Assembly: GCF_000011805.1 (NCBI RefSeq) | Contig: NC_006841.2 | Reading direction: 5' to 3' (one strand) | Source of the DNA: Aliivibrio fischeri ES114 | GTDB lineage: Bacteria > Pseudomonadota > Gammaproteobacteria > Enterobacterales > Vibrionaceae | DNA: 32,000 nucleotides | Part shown: positions 27,783-32,000 of the stretch, in pieces | How positions within the stretch are numbered: position 1 is the stretch's first letter | How the letters are laid out: every line of letters begins with the position of its first letter | Made by a program: the position numbers and the translations under genes | Notes under the pieces: generated by a model | Seen by the model: only the letters and a program-made list of their open reading frames with translations | What the model was told of the DNA's origin: nothing | Databases searched by the model: none

Positions 27783-28151
27783 ATGTCTGATATTCATGAT
27801 CATTTCTTTAATCCTGAAGTAAACCGCTATGTTTTTAGCGAAGAACAAATTGATGCAATTACTGATAATTCTCATATTATTTATAGAGAAATGATCACTA
27901 GCGAACTACGTAAATGTTCACATGATACATTAAATGAATTAGCTATCGACATTGATAATGCATCTAATGGAGTTAGTCCACTACCTAAAAACATTACATT
28001 TGAATCAGTTGCCGAGCAGATGTGTAGCATACACAACATACCTTTTAGTGAACTTAATGATATCACTGAAAAATATGAAATAGCCTCTCCCGCAACTCGC
28101 GATTATTTTGATGGTAAATTCCTATTTGATAATGGATATGAAAACATTTAA
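27783..28151 (+). CDS. Hypothetical cassette protein, opposite orientation
   Basis: 122 aa; SD GGAG and TATAAT-like box directly upstream (AACTATAATGGAGTAAACCATG). Confidence 0.65.
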   Translation: MSDIHDHFFNPEVNRYVFSEEQIDAITDNSHIIYREMITSELRKCSHDTLNELAIDIDNASNGVSPLPKNITFESVAEQMCSIHNIPFSELNDITEKYEIASPATRDYFDGKFLFDNGYENI

Positions 28152-28202
28152 TTAAACCCTATGGGGCTAGCTAAACAACTAGCTCCATTTTACAAAAACA
28201 CA

Positions 28203-28322
28203 TAACGCCTGCATAACACGTTTACTACCAAGCAATTATACTTAAAAGTAATGCCTTAAAACGAGAAACATCTGGCAACCTGAGGATGCCGAGTGTAGTA
28301 AATCGTGTTGATGCATTTGTTA
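28203..28322 (-). repeat. attC site (main type)
   Basis: Consensus arms present. Confidence 0.97.
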
Positions 28323-29111
28323 TAAGCACCTTTCACCAAATAGACTATTTGTAATGGGTTGGTGATTTAGCTTCAGATACTCGATGTCAGCTAAATAAGC
28401 AAGATGATGTCCATTACTGATGTTTTCAATAAATGCCTCATTACCGTTGTCAGCTTCACTTTGCATGAAATCGACTAAGGTTTTAACCCTAGCAATCATA
28501 GTTTCAACTAACTTCTCACGTTCAGCATTTGATAAACCATAAGAATCACAAAACAACTTAGCCCTAGCCGATTGAGAGTTTAAATCACCTAATGCATCAT
28601 ACTCATTGGTCTTAAACGGTGCCCAACAATAAACAGCATACGCAATATCCCAAAGTCTTGGTGCAGGATGAGCCGTATCAAAGTCAAAAATACCGACAGT
28701 TTGATTTCCATTTAAAGCTACATTGTAAGGAGCGAAATCTCCATGACAAATAACTTCATACGGTTTTCTGCTTGGTAGCATCCATTCAGTTTTTTGAAAT
28801 GACGGACTAGAAATAAATGAAACCGTTGAATCATGATATTGACGCAAAAGCTTGCCAGCAGAAATTAATGCTTCATCCGTGGCTATATTTCCAGACAATG
28901 GATAATTGTAAACTTCACCCGAGACATAAGACAAAATCTCATTTCCATTATCGTCAAAACCAAAGGATTTTGGAGCGCCACTAAAGCCATCACTTTCGAG
29001 GTGAGACAGCAACTTATGAATTGAAACAGACCAAAAACCACTTGGTCGATATACTTTATCTTCAGAGCGAAAAACTAACCCTTCGCGCCCGCCTTGAAGT
29101 TCTTCCATCAT
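28320..29111 (-). CDS. Aminoglycoside phosphotransferase (APH) family kinase-like protein
   Basis: VICHGDFAPYNVALNGNQTVGIFDFDTAHPAPRLWDIAYAVYCWAP. Confidence 0.85.
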   Translation of the reverse strand: MMEELQGGREGLVFRSEDKVYRPSGFWSVSIHKLLSHLESDGFSGAPKSFGFDDNGNEILSYVSGEVYNYPLSGNIATDEALISAGKLLRQYHDSTVSFISSPSFQKTEWMLPSRKPYEVICHGDFAPYNVALNGNQTVGIFDFDTAHPAPRLWDIAYAVYCWAPFKTNEYDALGDLNSQSARAKLFCDSYGLSNAEREKLVETMIARVKTLVDFMQSEADNGNEAFIENISNGHHLAYLADIEYLKLNHQPITNSLFGERCL

Positions 29112-29140
29112 AATTCCTTTTCATGAAAAACCAGTGCTTA

Positions 29141-29260
29141 TAACGCCTGCATAACACGTTTGCTACTATGCAATTATACTTAATATTGACGCCTTAAAAC
29201 GAGAAACACCCGGCAAACTGAGGTTGCCGAGTGTAGTAAATCGTGTTGATGCATTTGTTA
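29141..29260 (-). repeat. attC site (main type)
   Basis: Consensus arms present. Confidence 0.97.
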
Positions 29261-29351
29261 TACGTGTCTACTTTAGTTTGAATAAGTACATATACAAAAC
29301 TTAATATAACTTACAGTTCATCACAGCTAAAACAGCACAAGAGGTATGAAT

Positions 29352-29480
29352 AAAAAAAGGGCTCGATGACTGGAATCGAGCCCTGAACGTGAAATGCCTG
29401 TCTACAGCAACACAAAATTAGTGAGGAGTTCCAGTTTATTACTGGAGTCACTCCCAACCAACTGTAAAATAAGACAGGTT
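29352..29480 (-). ncRNA. Candidate small structured RNA, cassette copy 1
   Basis: Minus strand: CCTGTCTTATTTTACAG (LexA-box-like), hairpins with TAATAAA loop, conserved GTGTTGCTGTAGACAGGCATTTCA, terminator GGGCTCGATTCCAGTCATCGAGCCC-T7. Confidence 0.6.
29462..29477. promoter_or_regulatory. LexA-box-like motif of copy 1
   Basis: CTGTAAAATAAGACAG = CTGT-N8-ACAG. Confidence 0.5.
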
Positions 29481-29532
29481 TGTTTTTAACGCTACATCCT
29501 TTGAAATCAAGTGAAACCCTTGATATTTCACA

Positions 29533-29665
29533 CAAAAAAAAGGGACTCATTGGCTAAAATTGAGTCCCAGACATGAAATGCTTGTCTACAGCAACACATA
29601 AGTAAGGAGTGACTACAATTTTATTACATTGACACTACCTTACTAACTGTAAAATCAGGTAGGTT
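29533..29665 (-). ncRNA. Candidate small structured RNA, cassette copy 2 (tandem)
   Basis: Same architecture: ACCTACCTGATTTTACAGTTAG, AGTAAGG...CCTTACT stem around a TAATAAA loop, GTGTTGCTGTAGACAAGCATTTCA, GGGACTCA...TGAGTCCC-T8. The LexA-like box is degenerate. Confidence 0.6.
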
Positions 29666-29704
29666 ACTATTAAATATTTATAATTTGAACGTCATTGATT
29701 TCGT

Positions 29705-29824
29705 ATAACGCCTGCATAACACGTTTGCTACCAAGCAGATTAAGCTCAAATTTACCACTTAACTCGGTAAACCAAAAGAAATCTAGAATGCCGAATGTAG
29801 CAAATCGTGTTGATGCATTTGTTA
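29705..29824 (-). repeat. attC site
   Basis: Consensus arms present. Confidence 0.97.
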
Positions 29825-29873
29825 GCCTTATTAACTTAATTAGTATACTATACCTTAAATTTAAATATTAAGG

Positions 29874-30251
29874 ATGGCAATTATGCTAATGGCTCTTAAC
29901 ACTCATAATTTTGACCACAAAAAAGCTTACGGTTACGACAACATTGTTATGGATGCAGACTATTCACAAGTTGACCGTGCAAATATCGAAAATCTAAATA
30001 ACATAACAGCAATGGTACGCTTTAGTTATACCGAAAATAGACAAATTACTATCGAAAAATTCGAAAATATAACTGTAATAGAGTCGATAACGACAAAAGA
30101 TTTCGACTTCAAAGATGCTGCCAAAGGAGTTTTATTCCTAGGAGAGCGTATTTCCATCGAAATCGTCAATAAAGACTCTGCTGCCATTTTATACCCAAAA
30201 GCTTTCAACAAGCTTGGGCACTTTAATCAATTTACACTTAAGTTAACTTAA
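29874..30251 (+). CDS. Hypothetical cassette protein, opposite orientation
   Basis: 125 aa; upstream TATACT-like box and AAGGATGG SD-like sequence. Confidence 0.65.
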   Translation: MAIMLMALNTHNFDHKKAYGYDNIVMDADYSQVDRANIENLNNITAMVRFSYTENRQITIEKFENITVIESITTKDFDFKDAAKGVLFLGERISIEIVNKDSAAILYPKAFNKLGHFNQFTLKLT

Positions 30252-30257
30252 TAGGGC

Positions 30258-30376
30258 TAACGCCTGCATAACACGTTTGCTACCATGCAGATTAAGCTTA
30301 AATTTACCACTTAACACGGTAAACTAAAAGAAACCTAGAATGCCGAATGTAGCAAATCGTGTTGATGCATTTGTTA
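30258..30376 (-). repeat. attC site
   Basis: Consensus arms present. Confidence 0.97.
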
Positions 30377-30817
30377 TAAGCACATTCTTACACGGTTCAT
30401 ATGAACAAATTGAGCATCTTCTGATGTTACTTGGAAACCAAATTTACGATATAAACCGCCTACCCGATTGCCTTGTAAATAACACAATTTCACTGGTTTA
30501 TTTTCACTATCAGCAAACTCTAAACATTGGCTCAAAACCTGACTTCCTATTCCTTTTCCGTGAAAGCTTGGTAATAAAAAGAAACGGCAAAAATAAAAAT
30601 GCTCACCTTTGTTTTGAAGCAAATAGCTACCTATTGCTTCACCTGACATTTCAATAATGGTTGGTTTTTCTTCATCCCATTCATCTTGATGCATTTCACG
30701 TTGGATTTTATCGTCCCAACCAAACACAGCCTTAATTGGCTCAAATTCAGCTGCCTTTTTAAGTTCAAATAAGAACTCAAAATCACTATCTTTCGCTGAA
30801 CGCGTAGAAAATTTCAA
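30374..30817 (-). CDS. GNAT family N-acetyltransferase
   Basis: FYFCRFFLLPSFHGKGIGSQVLSQCLEFADSENKPVKLCYLQGNRVGGLYRKFGF. Confidence 0.9.
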   Translation of the reverse strand: MKFSTRSAKDSDFEFLFELKKAAEFEPIKAVFGWDDKIQREMHQDEWDEEKPTIIEMSGEAIGSYLLQNKGEHFYFCRFFLLPSFHGKGIGSQVLSQCLEFADSENKPVKLCYLQGNRVGGLYRKFGFQVTSEDAQFVHMNRVRMCL

Positions 30818-30860
30818 ACCTTTACCTCTGGCTCAAATAACCTTAATAAATCGGTGCTTA

Positions 30861-30961
30861 TAACGCCACAATAACACGTGCGAACACCTTACTTTCCAAA
30901 CCAATTAAACTTCAAACCACAAACGCCGAGTGTAATTAGCATCGTGTTGATTGCTTTGTTA
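30861..30961 (-). repeat. attC site (short subtype)
   Basis: Near-identical layout to 17785..17885. Confidence 0.95.
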
Positions 30962-31417
30962 TGCGCGCTTACTTAAGTAAACCCTGACAAACCCAAATTC
31001 TTCGTCCTTTTCTTCCCTATCAATTACCCAAGCATTTTTTAGATAAAACTTAATGGCTTGTTCATTACCTTTGAAAGTTTCAAGGCGATAAGTTTGGTGA
31101 CCTAATAGTGTCATTTTATTTTCAACATGTTTAAGAAGATTAGAACCTAGACCAGAACGCTGAATTTGAGGAGAAACCATTAAGATATGCACGAAGTCAT
31201 TTTCAAATGCACAATAACCTTGAATTTGGTTATTTAATTCAAGTACAACACAGTTTGACAGTTGTTTTTCAATTTCCTTATCTGACTCACCACTGTTAAT
31301 AAACCAATCAACACCCTCATCACCCAAGAAAGAACGATAACAAGTATTAATCGTGTCTCTAGCTAATTCTTGGATCGACGTTAAGTCAGTCCCCTGAGCT
31401 TTTCTAATATTTGCCAT
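30959..31417 (-). CDS. GNAT family N-acetyltransferase
   Basis: VHILMVSPQIQRSGLGSNLLKHVENKMTLLGHQTYRLETFKGNEQAIKFYLKNAWV. Confidence 0.9.
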   Translation of the reverse strand: MANIRKAQGTDLTSIQELARDTINTCYRSFLGDEGVDWFINSGESDKEIEKQLSNCVVLELNNQIQGYCAFENDFVHILMVSPQIQRSGLGSNLLKHVENKMTLLGHQTYRLETFKGNEQAIKFYLKNAWVIDREEKDEEFGFVRVYLSKRA

Positions 31418-31440
31418 ATAACCTTTCCTTTTTTAGCACA

Positions 31441-31559
31441 TAACGCCTGCATAACACGTTTACTACTATGCAATTATACTCAATATTGACGCCTTAAAAC
31501 GAGAAACACCCGACAACCTGAGATGCCGAGTGTAGTAAATCGTGTTGATGCATTTGTTA
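31441..31559 (-). repeat. attC site (main type)
   Basis: Consensus arms present. Confidence 0.97.
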
Positions 31560-31571
31560 ACAAGCAATTAT

Positions 31572-32000
31572 CTACCTAGCTTTATAAGCTATTAAAGCTT
31601 GCTGCAACCAAGAATCTTGTTCCTTGATATTTTTAATCACCCAATTAATGAATTTAGCTGAATACCTGTGAATATCAGTATAATTATGATACTCAGAATT
31701 ATTATTTGCTTTAATTTTATGTTTATAACAGATAGCTTGAAAAGAGTGTTGATTTAATACTACCTTTGATTGCTCTCTATTCATTTGTTCAATAGCAGCC
31801 TTTGTTGTAAAAGGATGCGTTGTATTTAAATCTTTAGCTTGAGTGATAATAACTGCTTGTTGACCATTATCACCAACACTCAGAGTTAAATCGGCCTGAC
31901 TTGGATTTTTTGTTAAAGCTAATTTATAGTCAATTGAGATAGAGTATTTATCTGAGCCAATCTCTTTACTTGTACTTTCAAATTGCTTTAAAAAGTTAGT
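31572..32000 (-). CDS. Hypothetical cassette protein, 5' truncated by window edge
   Basis: Frame stays open to base 32000 (TNFLKQFESTSKEIGSDKYSISIDYKLALTKNPSQADLTLSVGDNGQQAVIITQAKDLNTTHPFTTKAAIEQMNREQ...). The listed ORF 31572..31784 is only its C-terminal part. Confidence 0.7.
   Translation of the reverse strand, partial: TNFLKQFESTSKEIGSDKYSISIDYKLALTKNPSQADLTLSVGDNGQQAVIITQAKDLNTTHPFTTKAAIEQMNREQSKVVLNQHSFQAICYKHKIKANNNSEYHNYTDIHRYSAKFINWVIKNIKEQDSWLQQALIAYKAR

Larger units (their letters stand above)
13196..32000 (-). mobile_element. Chromosomal integron (superintegron) cassette array, distal part
   Basis: 25 attC sites with conserved outer arms and variable centres alternating with single-gene or ORF-less bodies. 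The strand of the arms and of most genes places attI/intI to the right of the window. Confidence 0.97.

Noticed and set aside
28320-29111. APH-family gene as a drug-resistance determinant.
   Set aside because: The family includes many kinases of other substrates and no specific resistance subfamily can be recognised by eye.
29311-29550. ORF on the minus strand, 79 aa.
   Set aside because: It runs straight through the sRNA unit and its terminator and is low complexity. Homology between units is in RNA structure, not in the reading frame.
30340-30657. Plus-strand ORF beginning MPNVANRVDAF inside an attC (also 25922..26104, MPNVVNRVDAF).
   Set aside because: Generated by the attC sequence ATGCCGAATGTAG and then antisense to the next cassette gene (GNAT or unknown).
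13196-31559. Regularly spaced ~120-bp repeats might be read as a CRISPR or REP array.
   Set aside because: The repeats are imperfectly palindromic attC sites with variable centres and 0.4-1.3 kb spacing containing genes. There are no cas genes and no short spacers.

Overview
The window has two parts. Positions 1 to about 13,200 are ordinary Vibrionaceae (Aliivibrio-like) chromosome: the end of an MFS transporter, a cti-like fatty acid cis/trans isomerase, a PilZ-like protein, an FAD-dependent oxidoreductase, an ABC-class ATPase, a YjiH-type membrane protein, a DUF3297 protein, a beta/gamma-crystallin-like secreted protein and a lipoprotein. From about 13,200 to 32,000 it is the distal part of a large chromosomal integron (superintegron). 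I find 25 attC-type recombination sites of about 83-121 bp plus one truncated terminal relic. They are spaced about 0.4-1.3 kb apart and nearly all oriented so that cassette genes lie on the minus strand, so attI and the integrase should lie beyond the right edge. Cassette cargo includes an aspartate/glutamate racemase-like protein, a YHS protein, three GNATs, a frameshifted 2H-phosphoesterase-like gene, panB, a questin oxidase-like protein, a frameshifted FRG-domain gene, a LysE/RhtB exporter, a VOC protein, a DUF4156-like lipoprotein, an APH-like kinase, many unknown small proteins and several ORF-less cassettes. The most interesting candidate is a family of three small structured RNA genes, each ending in a strong minus-strand terminator. 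Two of them start at a perfect LexA-box-like CTGT-N8-ACAG motif. Two copies sit in tandem as the only content of one cassette (29.35-29.67 kb). The third sits just outside the array (12.35-12.48 kb), immediately downstream of a 33-aa hydrophobic ORF that has its own perfect LexA-box-like palindrome. This resembles an SOS-controlled type I toxin/sRNA locus and an sRNA that has become integron cargo. All functional calls come from reading the sequence; no database search was run.
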